From an uncultured Bacteriovoracaceae bacterium (GTDB lineage Bacteria > Bdellovibrionota > UBA1018), in contig CAYIHX010000019.1 in assembly GCA_964363305.1 (NCBI GenBank), forward strand, positions 2,065 to 66,064: a stretch of 64,000 nucleotides of DNA, read 5' to 3'. Below the pieces are notes generated by a model that did no database searches, had not been told where the DNA came from, and saw only the letters and a list, made by a program, of their open reading frames with translations. The position numbers were made by a program, and so were the translations under genes. Below, piece after piece: positions 29,478-39,529 of this stretch (position 1 is the stretch's first letter; each line of letters starts with the position of its first letter).

Positions 29478-30030
29478 GAAGAGCCTTGCGGACCTGTTCC
29501 GCCAGTTCGTGATAGGCTCGTTCGAGTTGGTCGTTCACTATGACATGGTCGAAAAGCGGCGCCGCGAGCATTTCCTCTTCGGCGTTTTTCATTCGCTTTT
29601 CGATCGTTTCAGCGTCATCCGTCCCTCGTGCCAGTAGGCGCTGACGAAGAACCTCGAGGGTGGGTGGGGCCACGAAAATAGACACTACTCGGTCTGGAAA
29701 GGCCTTCCGTAAGCTCGCTGCGCCCTGTACATCGATGTCGAGCAATACCCCGCGCCCCTGCGCGAGGTTGTCTCTGACGGTCGTCCTGAGAGTCCCATAG
29801 TAGTGATCGTGGACCTTCGCCCATTCGGCGAAGTCGCTCGCGGTGATTCGCTTTTCAAACTCCTCGCGCTGAAGAAAATAGTACTCCCGGCCATGAACCT
29901 CTTGTCCGCGCGGGGCGCGAGTCGTGGCGGAGATCGAGAGCGTGAGGTTTGGAAAATCTCGAAGCAGTCGTTGACAGAGGGTGGTTTTGCCGGCCCCCGA
30001 AGGAGCCGAAACAACGATCAAGCGGCTCAT
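29470..30030 (-). CDS. gmk: Guanylate kinase
   Basis: SAPSGAGKTT, TTRAPR, YYGT, LDIDVQG. Confidence 0.97.
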   Translation of the reverse strand: MSRLIVVSAPSGAGKTTLCQRLLRDFPNLTLSISATTRAPRGQEVHGREYYFLQREEFEKRITASDFAEWAKVHDHYYGTLRTTVRDNLAQGRGVLLDIDVQGAASLRKAFPDRVVSIFVAPPTLEVLRQRLLARGTDDAETIEKRMKNAEEEMLAAPLFDHVIVNDQLERAYHELAEQVRKALHV

Positions 30031-30959
30031 TCGATATTCATTACCTGTTCTCGGATTTGTTCGAGGCGGACCTTCATCGCCACTACCTCGTTGCTGATGC
30101 CCAGATCTTGGGATTTACTGCCGAGCGTGTTGATCTCCCGGTGCATTTCCTGAAGGAGGAACTCTAATTTTTTTCCCACCGCGCCGCCGGCTGCGAGTGT
30201 TTCTTGAAAATGCCCGATGTGTCCGAGAAGGCGGGTCAGTTCTTCCTCAACATCTCCGCGTTCGAGAATGAGCGCGAGTTCTTGGGCGACGCGGCTTTCG
30301 AGAAGTTCTTTGGCTGTCTTATCCGCGATCGGATAGGCGTCGAAGGCCCTTTGTACGCGAGAGATCAGCGCGCCTTTTTCGAGCGACTGAAGATCCTCGC
30401 GGCGAGCGCGAAGGCGGCCCACCGAGGCGGCGTTTTCATCGACAGCCTCATGAAGGACGCGCCAGAGATTGGCTCCCTCGTGGGTTCGCATCTCTTGGAG
30501 GCGATCAATGGCTTGATGGAGGGTCGACTCGAGATGGGGCCAGAGCTCCTGTGCTTCGCGAGCGGGCGTTTCGGAGGAAGATTTCCTTTGCAGTACATCG
30601 GGCAGCAGTGCGATGTCGATGGTGCGGATCGGGTCGTTGAGCCCCAGGATCAGTTGAATCTTTTTCAGGGACTCGAAATAATATGTTGCGAGGGTATAGT
30701 TGGCTTCGGGCGGGGTCTCGTCTCGAGGCGTGAGCGGCTCGAAATCCACTCTGAGATCCAGCGATCCCCGCGTCAGCCTCGCTTGCGCCAAAGCCCGAGC
30801 CTGCGGTTCAAGCGAGACAAACTCGCGCGGAAGGCGAATCTTCACATCCAAAAATCGATGGTTCAAGGTCTTCAGCTCAACTCGAAGGCGCCCGAGTGGA
30901 CCTTCCGCTTCAAGAGAGCAGAAGCCGGTCATGGATCGGACTGGAGAGGGAGACTTCAT
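30027..30959 (-). CDS. yicC: YicC/YloC family endoribonuclease
   Basis: SMTGF, NHRFLD, EEELTRL, QEMHREINTLGSK, REQVMNIE. Confidence 0.95.
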   Translation of the reverse strand: MKSPSPVRSMTGFCSLEAEGPLGRLRVELKTLNHRFLDVKIRLPREFVSLEPQARALAQARLTRGSLDLRVDFEPLTPRDETPPEANYTLATYYFESLKKIQLILGLNDPIRTIDIALLPDVLQRKSSSETPAREAQELWPHLESTLHQAIDRLQEMRTHEGANLWRVLHEAVDENAASVGRLRARREDLQSLEKGALISRVQRAFDAYPIADKTAKELLESRVAQELALILERGDVEEELTRLLGHIGHFQETLAAGGAVGKKLEFLLQEMHREINTLGSKSQDLGISNEVVAMKVRLEQIREQVMNIE

Positions 30960-32053
30960 GAAGACCCATTTTCTTCGGTGAGATTCTGCGCGGGGGCATG
31001 AGCCAATGCGAAGTTGCCGAGCTTGCGAAATTTCGCCAACCGGGCTCGCTGAAGTAGCTGGCCGGGGGGGAGCTTCGTGCGAGCCGAAGGTGATTTTGTT
31101 TTTTTCTTGGCCACGGTAGCGGCCACCTGGCTGGTGTTCTTGAGCCAGGCGAGCACCAGAGGGCTGAAATGTTCATTGAGGGCCTGTGAGAAATGGGTGA
31201 ACATCGAGGGCCAATTTCGATGGGCGCCGCCTTTGGGTTCCGGAATAATGCCGTCGATGACTCCCATTTTAAGCAGCTCAGTCGGGCTCATTTTGAGTTT
31301 CTCGCTGGCCCGTTCGGCCAGGGAAGAGTCGCTCCAGAGAATCGACGCGCAGCTTTCCGGAGAAATCACCGAGTAGACCGAAAATTCGGCCATTAATACG
31401 CAGTTGCCAATGCCAATCGCCAGCGCGCCGCCAGAACCGCCTTCGCCGATAACGACGGAGAGGGTCGGGACGGTCAGGCCAAACATCAGTTGAATGCTTT
31501 CGGCGATCGCGGCCGACTGTCCGCGCTCCTCAGCATCGATGCCTGGATAGGCGCCCGGCGTGTCGATCAGGGCGATCACCGGAAGGCGTGAGCGTTCGGC
31601 CAGCTGCATGAGGCGCATGGCCTTGCGGTATCCTTCGGGGCGAGCCATCCCAAAGTTCCGTTCCATTTTCTGTTTCGTGGTGCGACCCTTCTGTTGGCCT
31701 AAAATGAGGACAGGGATAGCCGGTACCCCCGGGCCAGGGCTCCAACTCGCGATCCCGCCGAGTAGGGCCTGATCATCCCCGAACGCGCGGTCACCGTGTA
31801 GCTCCATGAAATCAGGAAAGAGGGCGTCTACATAGTCGCGGGTGTGGGGCCGATTCGGATGGCGTGAGAGCTGAACTTTCTGCCAGGGCGTGAGCTTCGA
31901 GAAGGTCTCATCGACGAGAAGAAGGACCTTTTTCTCGAGAAGCGCTATTTCTTGGGCAAAGTCGACGCCTTCCTCTCTGGATAGCTCTCTCAGGTCCTGG
32001 AGACGGCGCTCAAGATTATGGATGGGTTTTTCAAAGTCGAGAAAAGCTTCCAT
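30956..32053 (-). CDS. accA: Acetyl-CoA carboxylase carboxyltransferase alpha subunit
   Basis: LDFEKPI, SRHPNRP, ELHGDR, GEGGSGGALA. Confidence 0.97.
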   Translation of the reverse strand: MEAFLDFEKPIHNLERRLQDLRELSREEGVDFAQEIALLEKKVLLLVDETFSKLTPWQKVQLSRHPNRPHTRDYVDALFPDFMELHGDRAFGDDQALLGGIASWSPGPGVPAIPVLILGQQKGRTTKQKMERNFGMARPEGYRKAMRLMQLAERSRLPVIALIDTPGAYPGIDAEERGQSAAIAESIQLMFGLTVPTLSVVIGEGGSGGALAIGIGNCVLMAEFSVYSVISPESCASILWSDSSLAERASEKLKMSPTELLKMGVIDGIIPEPKGGAHRNWPSMFTHFSQALNEHFSPLVLAWLKNTSQVAATVAKKKTKSPSARTKLPPGQLLQRARLAKFRKLGNFALAHAPAQNLTEENGSS

Positions 32054-32092
32054 GTCGCTAAGTTACCCGACCTCGAGCGTGGCGTAAACTTG

Positions 32093-32509
32093 CTATTGTT
32101 CGGATTGCCATCCGATAACGCGTCCCGCTTCAAAGTAGACGCTTCGGGCGCTACCGAGTCCGTTTTGGCTCGACAGACCGGTGTAGTAGATCCAGCGTTG
32201 GTTGCCATAGGTGGGGGATCCCGCGGTCTCGACCTCTCCTGGCTCCCCCCATACCTCACGAACGTCTGTCATGGACATGCCTTGCACCAGGTCGCGTCGA
32301 GCGAGGGCACTTCGAATGCTTTCTGAGGTGGCGGGATCACGGGCGACGGCGCGGGAGTAGTGAATTTCGTCTGAAACATCGCCATTCGAGGGGGGGAGGG
32401 TTGAGTACAGGTCTCTTCCGGTCACCTCCACGGAGGAACAGCCCGTTGCCAGTCCGAGGAGCGTAGTGGCAAGAAATGTCAGAGGTAACGAGCTTTTTGG
32501 TTGGGGCAT
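32093..32509 (-). CDS. Lipoprotein with a BamE/SmpA-like C-terminal domain
   Basis: Start MPQPKS; lipobox ATGC; GMSMTDVREVWGEP...WIY. Confidence 0.7.
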   Translation of the reverse strand: MPQPKSSLPLTFLATTLLGLATGCSSVEVTGRDLYSTLPPSNGDVSDEIHYSRAVARDPATSESIRSALARRDLVQGMSMTDVREVWGEPGEVETAGSPTYGNQRWIYYTGLSSQNGLGSARSVYFEAGRVIGWQSEQ

Positions 32510-32701
32510 AGGGCCTCCTTTCTTCTTTCTTCGCATCGGAAGCATTTCGCGCTGCCTCGAGAGGCATTTTTTTCCTACAATGGGAGGGTGTCGAAGAAAA
32601 AAAAGACCCAGCTTCCCCTGAAAATCCGTGCCCAGCTGCTGCTGGCAAGCCTCATGGAGGTTTTGTACTCCGCTCGTTCTGATGAAAAGGAGGAGCGCGT
32701 G

Positions 32702-33175
32702 ATGGCGAAGGTCTTTCTCGTCTCGAGCGCAGTCGCCTTGTTCGTGGCGGTCGCGGGCGGAATGGCCGTCGCCTTGGTCCGCGGTTTCGGGGGAGGAGGG
32801 CGTCATGCTCCGCTGAATCCCGTGAAGACGCGCTTGGCCTTGTTGGCGGAAGAGGCGCTCAAAAAAAACAATACTTTCACGCTCGGAGCTTTCGAGGTTG
32901 AGCTGACGCCGGCGAAGCAGGATGGTACCCCTTTTTTGGCCGAATTCGAGTTGGTTGCGCAATGTCTGACCCAGGAGGCTTGCGATTTTCTCGAACGGCA
33001 TCCGGATCTCGTGCGAAGCGAGATCAACGCCGTCCTTTTGCCGATGCCTCGCGAGGAGGCGCTGGGGCGAGAGGGAAAGGATAAGATCAAAAAGACGATT
33101 GTTCAGCGCTTGAACGCGATCATTCCGATCGGTCACCTTGAGGGGGTCTATTTCACCCAGTTTCGGGTGGAATGA
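32702..33175 (+). CDS. fliL: FliL-like flagellar basal-body-associated protein
   Basis: N-terminal TM; EGKDKIKKTIVQRLNAI...VYFTQFRVE C-terminus. Confidence 0.7.
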   Translation: MAKVFLVSSAVALFVAVAGGMAVALVRGFGGGGRHAPLNPVKTRLALLAEEALKKNNTFTLGAFEVELTPAKQDGTPFLAEFELVAQCLTQEACDFLERHPDLVRSEINAVLLPMPREEALGREGKDKIKKTIVQRLNAIIPIGHLEGVYFTQFRVE

Positions 33176-34472
33176 AGTCGTAGTTCAGCAGGGGTTTGAT
33201 TCGATGGCGCCGGATCATCTCAAAGACAGTGCTGCGGGCCACGCCCAGAAGACGCGCCGTTTCCGCCCGATTTCCGCAGGTGAGCCGGAGGGTCCGCACC
33301 AGCACGTTTCTCTCGATTTCGTGGAGTGTGAGGATAGGGGTGGGGTCGCTGGGTCGGCCTACCATCGCATGCTGGGTAGAATCCTCCTTGAGATGGGGAA
33401 AATGTTCAGAGTCCAAAACATAAGTCAGCGGACCCGCCAGTCCCGCCGAACGTTCGATGCAGTGACGGAGTTCGCGTACATTTCCCAGCCAGGGGTAGCC
33501 TTTCATCAGAAAGAGGCTATGGGAGGAGAGTTCCTTGCCGAGCTCGCCCGCGAATCGACGCGCCAGATATTCGATATCATGGGGGCGCTCCCGCAGCGGT
33601 GGAATTTCGATCGTGATCGAAGCGAGTCTGAAGTAGAGATCGCGTCGAAATTTTCCCTCTTCCACAAGCTTGAGAAGCGAACGATGGGTAGCGCAGATGA
33701 GACGAACGTTGGCGCGTGTCGTTTGATCTGCTCCTACGGGACGAATTTCGCCGTTTTCTAGGAAACGTAGGAGTTTCACCTGCAGCTCGGTCGGAAGATC
33801 CCCGATCTCATCCAGAAACAGCGTCCCGTTGTGAGCTTGTTTGAGCGCGCCCGGGCGGTTTGAAATCGCGCCGGTAAAGGCTCCCTTGACGTGCCCAAAG
33901 AGCTCGCTTTCGGCCAGGCTCAGATTTACTGCGGCGCAGTGAAGCGGTACGAACGGGCCCGAGGCTCGAGGGCTCCAGAGGTGCAGGAGCTGAGCGAGGA
34001 TATCTTTTCCGACACCCGTTTCGCCGCAGAGGTAGGTGGAGAGATGGGTCTGCGCCGCCCGGTGGGTGGTCCAAAGTGTTTGGCTTCCGGCGGAAGAGGT
34101 GGTGTGCCATGCGCGCGCGCCCGCAGGGAATCGAGGAAGCGTCTGCGCGAGGTCATTATGCGTCAGCGTGAGCTGAGTTTCCCCGACTTGCAGGCGTGAG
34201 AAGAAGGGCCAGTGGGATTCGCGGCAGAGGAGGTCACCGAGCCGAAAAATACCTGAGTCGAGTCGTTTGAACCACAGGATGGGCTCAGCTGCGGGGGATG
34301 ACGGGTCGATGAGGATCTCGCCCAGAACAGGCGGTAAAGTGGGGTCTTTCAAAATCAGATCGCAATGGGGGGCTCGGCCGACAGAAATGCGGCTTTTATC
34401 CAACAGCGGCAAAAGATCAAAGGTTCGGGCGCTGGCAAAGGGCTCTTGTATCAAGACGTTCAGTGATTTCAT
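33153..34472 (-). CDS. Sigma54-dependent activator with an N-terminal FHA-like domain
   Basis: ISVGRAPHCDL; GETGVGKD, GAFTGA, WLGNVREL, HTH; start MKSLNV with GGAGG RBS. Confidence 0.9.
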   Translation of the reverse strand: MKSLNVLIQEPFASARTFDLLPLLDKSRISVGRAPHCDLILKDPTLPPVLGEILIDPSSPAAEPILWFKRLDSGIFRLGDLLCRESHWPFFSRLQVGETQLTLTHNDLAQTLPRFPAGARAWHTTSSAGSQTLWTTHRAAQTHLSTYLCGETGVGKDILAQLLHLWSPRASGPFVPLHCAAVNLSLAESELFGHVKGAFTGAISNRPGALKQAHNGTLFLDEIGDLPTELQVKLLRFLENGEIRPVGADQTTRANVRLICATHRSLLKLVEEGKFRRDLYFRLASITIEIPPLRERPHDIEYLARRFAGELGKELSSHSLFLMKGYPWLGNVRELRHCIERSAGLAGPLTYVLDSEHFPHLKEDSTQHAMVGRPSDPTPILTLHEIERNVLVRTLRLTCGNRAETARLLGVARSTVFEMIRRHRIKPLLNYDFIPPETG

Positions 34473-34503
34473 GGGGGTCCTCCAGGTGTTGATGTTTCGA
34501 CAG

Positions 34504-34519
34504 AGCAATCGATGTGCCA
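34504..34519 (-). promoter_or_regulatory. Sigma54 -24/-12 promoter
   Basis: Minus strand TGGCACATCGATTGCT (GG-N10-GC) about 30 nt upstream of the activator start. Confidence 0.75.
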
Positions 34520-34529
34520 TCATGGGCTC

Positions 34530-35144
34530 ATGGCTGGAGAGTTTTTGATTACGCTGGCAACGCCCGCGCAAGTGCGCGGAGCCTGCAATGGTGAGTTTCT
34601 TCATGGGCGCCGCGAACCTAGGTTCGCTTTTGTCGGGAGGTCGAACGTGGGCAAGAGCTCGTTGATCAATACCCTGATGGGAAGTCGGCTTGCGCAGGTG
34701 AGTAAGGAGCCGGGTAAGACCCGCTCGATTCATACGTATGTTTGGAAGGACGCGGGCATCGTGCTGGTTGATCTTCCGGGGTACGGATTCGCCAAGACGG
34801 CCAAGGACGAGCGCGATCGGTGGGCCACCTTCATCAACGAGTACCTGAAGGCCGATACGGGCTTGCGGGAAGCGGTCGTGCTTTTGGATTCCCGCAATGG
34901 CCCGACCGCGATCGATGAGGAGGCCATCCGCTTTCTTCACTCGCAGAAAATCGTGGTTCGCGCGGTGATGACCAAGTCAGATCAGATGAAGACGCAATCG
35001 GTGCGGGCCCTCAGAAAGAGGGAAGTCACAGCGGCGCTCGCGTTGCTTCATGTGACGGAATCGAAGATTCATTGGGTCTCGTCCGAGAAACGAGACGGAA
35101 CCAAGGCTTTGATGCTCGCGTTGATGGAGGTTTCTCGCGCATGA
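34530..35144 (+). CDS. engB: Ribosome biogenesis GTPase EngB/YihA
   Basis: GRSNVGKSSLIN, PGKT, VDLPGYG, TKSD. Confidence 0.95.
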   Translation: MAGEFLITLATPAQVRGACNGEFLHGRREPRFAFVGRSNVGKSSLINTLMGSRLAQVSKEPGKTRSIHTYVWKDAGIVLVDLPGYGFAKTAKDERDRWATFINEYLKADTGLREAVVLLDSRNGPTAIDEEAIRFLHSQKIVVRAVMTKSDQMKTQSVRALRKREVTAALALLHVTESKIHWVSSEKRDGTKALMLALMEVSRA

Positions 35145-36148
35145 CCAAGACCGTGGGGGTGATCGCGGCAGGTTTTTGCGTCCCCGCTTCAGAGCTGAAG
35201 CTCGGAGTAGAGAAGCTTCGGGCTGCGGGTCTTGATGTTCGAGTGCATCCGAATGTCTCGAAGCGCTACTTGTTCTTGGCCGGAGACGACGAAGCCCGGC
35301 TACAGGAATGGATCGACTTCGCCTGGGACTCTTCGATCGATGTTTTGTGGTGCGCGCGCGGCGGGCATGGAGCGTTGAGGCTTCTTCCTTTGCTGGAGGC
35401 TGAGACGCTCAAGCGTGGCCGCCCGCCGAAAAAGATGCTCCTCGGGTATTCCGATACGACGCTTTTCTTCGAATTTGCGCGAGTTCGCTGGGGCTGGAGC
35501 GTGCTTCACGCGCCCATGCCCGGGGGCCGCGAGTTCTTGCAGATCGAGGGCTCGACCTGGAAACGATTGCTCAGTTGGATTGAGGGAGGCAATGCCACGC
35601 CACCGCAGGGCTACGCATTGAAGCCGCTCAATTCTTTTGCGAAGGAGTCGTCGGGAGTCGCGGGCCGTCTGGCGGGCGGAAATCTGACCGTATTGACTTG
35701 CGCGCTCGGCACTCCATTCTGGAAATCCTGGGACGGCGCGATCGTGTTCTTGGAAGACACGGGCGAGATGTGGTTTCGGGTCGATCGCATGCTGGCGCAT
35801 TTGAGTGCCGCCGGGGCTTGGGAAGGCGTTCGAGGAATCGTCCTCGGTACGTTTAGCGGGTGCCGTGATGCGACAACCCAGGTATTGAGGAAGAGCGCGA
35901 AACCCAGAAATGCGTCCGAGCTGAAGCAACCTCCCGCTCGGATGCTCGAGCCGTTGAGGCCGATCATCCCCGATCGCAGAGCCTTCGTGACGATTTTCTC
36001 GGAATGGGCCGCACGCGCGGGGAACCTACCGGTGTGGGAAGGCCTCGAGACCGGGCACGGCGGCGGGCTCGAGCCCTTGCCGATGGGCGCGCAGGTCGAG
36101 GTGAGTCGCGAGAACGCACGTCACTCGCTGCGAGTGAGTCGCTGGTAA
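35141..36148 (+). CDS. LD-carboxypeptidase (S66)
   Basis: CARGGHG, GYSDTT, GGNL, FLEDTGE, GH. Confidence 0.9.
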   Translation: MTKTVGVIAAGFCVPASELKLGVEKLRAAGLDVRVHPNVSKRYLFLAGDDEARLQEWIDFAWDSSIDVLWCARGGHGALRLLPLLEAETLKRGRPPKKMLLGYSDTTLFFEFARVRWGWSVLHAPMPGGREFLQIEGSTWKRLLSWIEGGNATPPQGYALKPLNSFAKESSGVAGRLAGGNLTVLTCALGTPFWKSWDGAIVFLEDTGEMWFRVDRMLAHLSAAGAWEGVRGIVLGTFSGCRDATTQVLRKSAKPRNASELKQPPARMLEPLRPIIPDRRAFVTIFSEWAARAGNLPVWEGLETGHGGGLEPLPMGAQVEVSRENARHSLRVSRW

Positions 36149-36212
36149 GGCGGATCGCTTGACGATCGGTGCGGCGCCGATTAGTGCTCAAGTCGAAGGG
36201 TGTTGACCAGGG

Positions 36213-37484
36213 ATGAACCGTTACACAAGCGCGTCAGAAGCGGTTCGTTTGATCGAATCAGGCCAACGGGTTTTCGTTCATGGCGGGGCGGCGACTCCTC
36301 AGGTTTTGCTCGACGCTCTCCTCGAGGATTCGGCCCGCCTCCAAGGCGTGGAGCTTATGCACCTCCATACTGAGGGGCCCGCGAAGTACGCGGATGAGAA
36401 GCTGAGCGGCCACTTCCGAGTCGCCAACCTTTTTGTGGGTGGCAACATGCGCGGTCGGGTTGACCTCGACCGGGTCGACTACCTTCCGTGTTTTCTTTCC
36501 GAGATCCCGGCTTTGTTTCGTTCGGGAAAACGGCCCATCGACGTTGCGCTTCTTCATCTGTCGCCGCCCGATGAGCATGGGTACTGTTCCCTGGGCACGA
36601 GCATCGATGTGGCGCGGGCTGCTTTCGATGTCGCCCGGGTCGTCATCGCCCAGGTGAATCCGCGAATGCCGCGCACGCATGGCGACGCCTTCATCCATGC
36701 TTCTGAAATCGACGCGTGGGTGTCGGTCGATGCGCCTTTGCCTGAGGCGAAGGCTTGCTCCTTGAGCGTTGAAGCGAAAGAGATCGGAAGGCGAGTGGCG
36801 GGCCTTGTCGAAGATGGCGATTGCCTGCAGGCCGGGATCGGCGCCGTTCCGGACGCGGTGCTTCGGGCGCTTCAGGGGCACCGTCACCTCGGCGTTCACA
36901 CCGAGATGTGGTCGGACGGAATGCTCGAGCTGCTGCGCTGCGGAGCGGTCGATAACTCACGAAAAGCGGTACATGCGGGTAAAACGGTCTCCAGCTTCGT
37001 GATGGGTTCGAGGGCCCTGTACGATTTCATCGATGACAATGCGTCGGTGGCGTTCTACGGCGCGGATTACGTCAATAGTCCGCATATTATCGCTCGGAAC
37101 CCCGGGGTCGTCGCAATCAACTCGGCCGTCGAAATCGACCTCACGGGCCAAGTCTGCGCGGATTCGATCGGTTCGCGCATCATTTCTGGGGTCGGCGGCC
37201 AGATGGACTTTATTCGCGGCGCTTCGCTTTCCAAGGGCGGCAAGCCGATCATCGCTCTGACCTCTCGGACTGCGAAGGGCTGCCCGCGGATCGTGAGCCG
37301 GCTGAAAATGGGCGCAGGTGTCGTCACGACGCGGGCCCACATGCATTTCGTCGCGACGGAGCATGGAATCGTGGATCTCGCGGGGAAGACTCTCGGCGAG
37401 AGGGCCCGCGCATTGATACAGATTGCGCACCCGGACGATCGAGAGGCGCTCGCGAGGGAATGGCATCAGGTGACGCAGTGTTGA
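36213..37484 (+). CDS. Acetyl-CoA hydrolase / 4-hydroxybutyrate CoA-transferase family
   Basis: GIGAVP, GVHTEM, DLTGQVCAD, GVGGQMDF, IAHPDDR. Confidence 0.93.
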   Translation: MNRYTSASEAVRLIESGQRVFVHGGAATPQVLLDALLEDSARLQGVELMHLHTEGPAKYADEKLSGHFRVANLFVGGNMRGRVDLDRVDYLPCFLSEIPALFRSGKRPIDVALLHLSPPDEHGYCSLGTSIDVARAAFDVARVVIAQVNPRMPRTHGDAFIHASEIDAWVSVDAPLPEAKACSLSVEAKEIGRRVAGLVEDGDCLQAGIGAVPDAVLRALQGHRHLGVHTEMWSDGMLELLRCGAVDNSRKAVHAGKTVSSFVMGSRALYDFIDDNASVAFYGADYVNSPHIIARNPGVVAINSAVEIDLTGQVCADSIGSRIISGVGGQMDFIRGASLSKGGKPIIALTSRTAKGCPRIVSRLKMGAGVVTTRAHMHFVATEHGIVDLAGKTLGERARALIQIAHPDDREALAREWHQVTQC

Positions 37485-38197
37485 GCCGAATACTAGACCG
37501 AGGGATCGACGCGTTTCTGTTCGCTCTGAAGAAGTACTTTCGCATTCAGGTCGAGGGCATCGAATGGGTTCCGCCCCAGGGGCGTTGCCTGGTCGTGTCG
37601 AATCACTCGGGGTTTGCCGGAGCGGACGCGATTCTGCTCTCTCATCTTCTTCGCTGCCACCGGGGCCAGCCGCCCGTGATTCTCGCTCACCGGGCGTTTT
37701 TCAAGTGGGTGCCGGCCCTTCGCCCTTTCTTTGAGCGCTTCAATCTTCGTGAGGCGTGTATGGATAGCGGCGTTTCGGCCCTTCAGGAGGAGCGGTGTGT
37801 TCTGCTTTTCCCTGAAGGAGAGGATGGCAACTTCAAGCCCTCGTCGGAGAGGTACCACCTGCAGCCCTTTCATACGGGTTTCTTGCGGATGGCGCGCGAA
37901 ACCGGCGCGCTCATGATTCCGTGCCTCGTGCTTGGGGCGGAGGAGGCCCATTTCAACCTCGGCAAGATCGAGCTGTCATCGTTCGGGAAGACGATCAAGC
38001 TCCCCCTTCCTCTGAATTTGATTCCTTGGCCAGCCCGGTGGAAGGTCCACTTCTTGCCTCCCATTGACCCCGACGTGGCTGTTCCACCTCAGAATCACCC
38101 CTTGAAGCATCCGGAGTGGGTGGCGCTCGCGGAGAAATTCCGGATGAGTTTTCAAAGCGCCATGGATGCCGACCGCGCCCATCGTAATCAGCCGTAA
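37478..38197 (+). CDS. PlsC-family acyltransferase
   Basis: NHSGFAGAD (HX4D), LFPEG. Confidence 0.85.
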   Translation: MLSRILDRGIDAFLFALKKYFRIQVEGIEWVPPQGRCLVVSNHSGFAGADAILLSHLLRCHRGQPPVILAHRAFFKWVPALRPFFERFNLREACMDSGVSALQEERCVLLFPEGEDGNFKPSSERYHLQPFHTGFLRMARETGALMIPCLVLGAEEAHFNLGKIELSSFGKTIKLPLPLNLIPWPARWKVHFLPPIDPDVAVPPQNHPLKHPEWVALAEKFRMSFQSAMDADRAHRNQP

Positions 38198-38264
38198 TTC
38201 TAGAAATATCGAGTTGCGGCATCCGAGGCCGCGGGGGTATAGACCCTCACACGTCTCAAAAGGT

Positions 38265-38350
38265 GCCGGAGTGGTGGAATGGTAGACGCGCTGGACTCAA
38301 AATCCAGTATCCGCAAGGGTGTGAGAGTTCGAGTCTCTCCTCCGGCACCA
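38265..38350 (+). tRNA. tRNA-Leu (CAA)
   Basis: GCCGGAG acceptor stem, D-loop GGAATGGTAGAC, anticodon arm CTGGA-CTCAAAA-TCCAG, long variable arm, GTTCGA, encoded CCA. Confidence 0.97.
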
Positions 38351-38367
38351 TCTTTTGATTCTTTAAA

Positions 38368-38931
38368 TCATGGTTTGGTGGCAGCGGAGCGATTCGCTTG
38401 GCCTACCCGGTCGAGTGAGATCACAAAGACCTTGTTCGTGGCTCCATGCATTAGGGCGCTGACGCCCAATTCGGCATTCTCAAATGCTCTTTGCCTTACG
38501 GACGCGTGTCCGCCTATCCAGCTTTCCTTTTCATTTTTCTTGAATTTATCTGGACCTCCGAAAGATTTTTCCAGGGTTTCAAGTTCGCTGAGGCTTTCTC
38601 CTGGCCGGACAAGCCAAGTCCATGATTGAATTTTTCCAGTGTTTGGATCGACGAGAATCCCCAGCCTTTGCATGGATTGTTTCCCGTCTAAACCATCAAA
38701 GTAGCTCCAGAGTTGTCCTTGTTCTCCTAGATCCTTTTTTGCTCCGGGATCGCCCAAAACTCCAATGACTTCCGTTGCGTCACTATCTCGATTCCTGAGC
38801 TCAAGTGCGGTTTGGAAGTCGAATTCACGCTGTTGTCTCGCCCCCCTGTCCACTCCAGGAAGTGAGCAAGCGGACAGCGATAAAGCGACAATCCAAATGG
38901 ACAATACTTCTTTTCTCATATTCCAGCTCAT
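38368..38931 (-). CDS. Lipoprotein (lower-GC islet)
   Basis: Lipobox LSAC; EVIGVLGDP...WSY BamE/BLIP-like pattern. Confidence 0.75.
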   Translation of the reverse strand: MSWNMRKEVLSIWIVALSLSACSLPGVDRGARQQREFDFQTALELRNRDSDATEVIGVLGDPGAKKDLGEQGQLWSYFDGLDGKQSMQRLGILVDPNTGKIQSWTWLVRPGESLSELETLEKSFGGPDKFKKNEKESWIGGHASVRQRAFENAELGVSALMHGATNKVFVISLDRVGQANRSAATKP

Positions 38932-39095
38932 TCCTTGAGCTCCTTATCGACTATAAATTTATCACCCATTGAGTTCTTAATCCATGCATAGATCTTGGGA
39001 CTCGTTTGACGAAGTTTCTCCGGCTCAAATAAGAAATATTCAATATTATTGCTAAAATCTTCATCAAGGCTTTCTGCTCCATCTGCCTCCGCAAT
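38928..39095 (-). pseudogene. C-terminal fragment of a zincin-like metallopeptidase
   Basis: Manual translation DGAESLDEDFSNNIEYFLFEPEKLRQTSPKIYAWIKNSMGDKF...; stop overlaps the lipoprotein ATG (ATGA); no start codon. Confidence 0.55.
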
Positions 39096-39339
39096 TCCGA
39101 CACGCGCTCCGGATCAGCTCGGAGTAGCGATTGCACGACTACGGCGCGAGGCGACACTGACACAAGCAAAATTGGCAAGGAGCGCAGGGATCAGACAGGC
39201 AACCGTTTCAAAAACCGAAAAGGGGGCTGGTAGCACGGAGATTAAAACGATCTACGCAATCTGCGCGGCACTGGGTCTCGAACTCGTTCTGCGTCCGCGA
39301 AGAAGAGAAAAAGAATTTCGACCTGAGGAGATGTCATAG
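39094..39339 (+). CDS. HipB-like XRE HTH antitoxin (5' end uncertain or truncated)
   Basis: RAPDQLG...LTQAKLARSAGIRQATVSKTEKG...ALGLEL. Confidence 0.75.
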   Translation: MPTRAPDQLGVAIARLRREATLTQAKLARSAGIRQATVSKTEKGAGSTEIKTIYAICAALGLELVLRPRRREKEFRPEEMS

Positions 39340-39340
39340 C

Positions 39341-39529
39341 GTAGTCCGACAAAGCGCTGGAGGACGCGAACGCCTACGTATTTTCATGAACGGCGTCGAG
39401 GTTGGCACCTTTGATCGTGAACGTACGGGTGCTCTCTCATTTGTCTATGATTGGAAATGGCTAGAACGCGACGAAACCTTTCCAATCTCCAGGCGTCTTC
39501 TCTGGATACTCGCTTCATTTTCAGGGTAA
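39341..39529 (+). pseudogene. Truncated HipA N-terminal domain
   Basis: Manual translation LRIFMNGVEVGTFDRERTGALSFVYDWKWLERDETFPISRRL, then stop; no kinase domain follows. Confidence 0.8.

Noticed and set aside
32510-33136. Long minus-strand ORF extension (32093-33136)
   Set aside because: Antisense shadow of the fliL-like gene; the lipoprotein starts at 32509
34473-34940. N-terminal extension of the sigma54 activator
   Set aside because: Antisense to engB; RBS and promoter support the 34472 start
38279-38629. 116-aa plus-strand ORF
   Set aside because: Overlaps tRNA-Leu and is antisense to the lipoprotein
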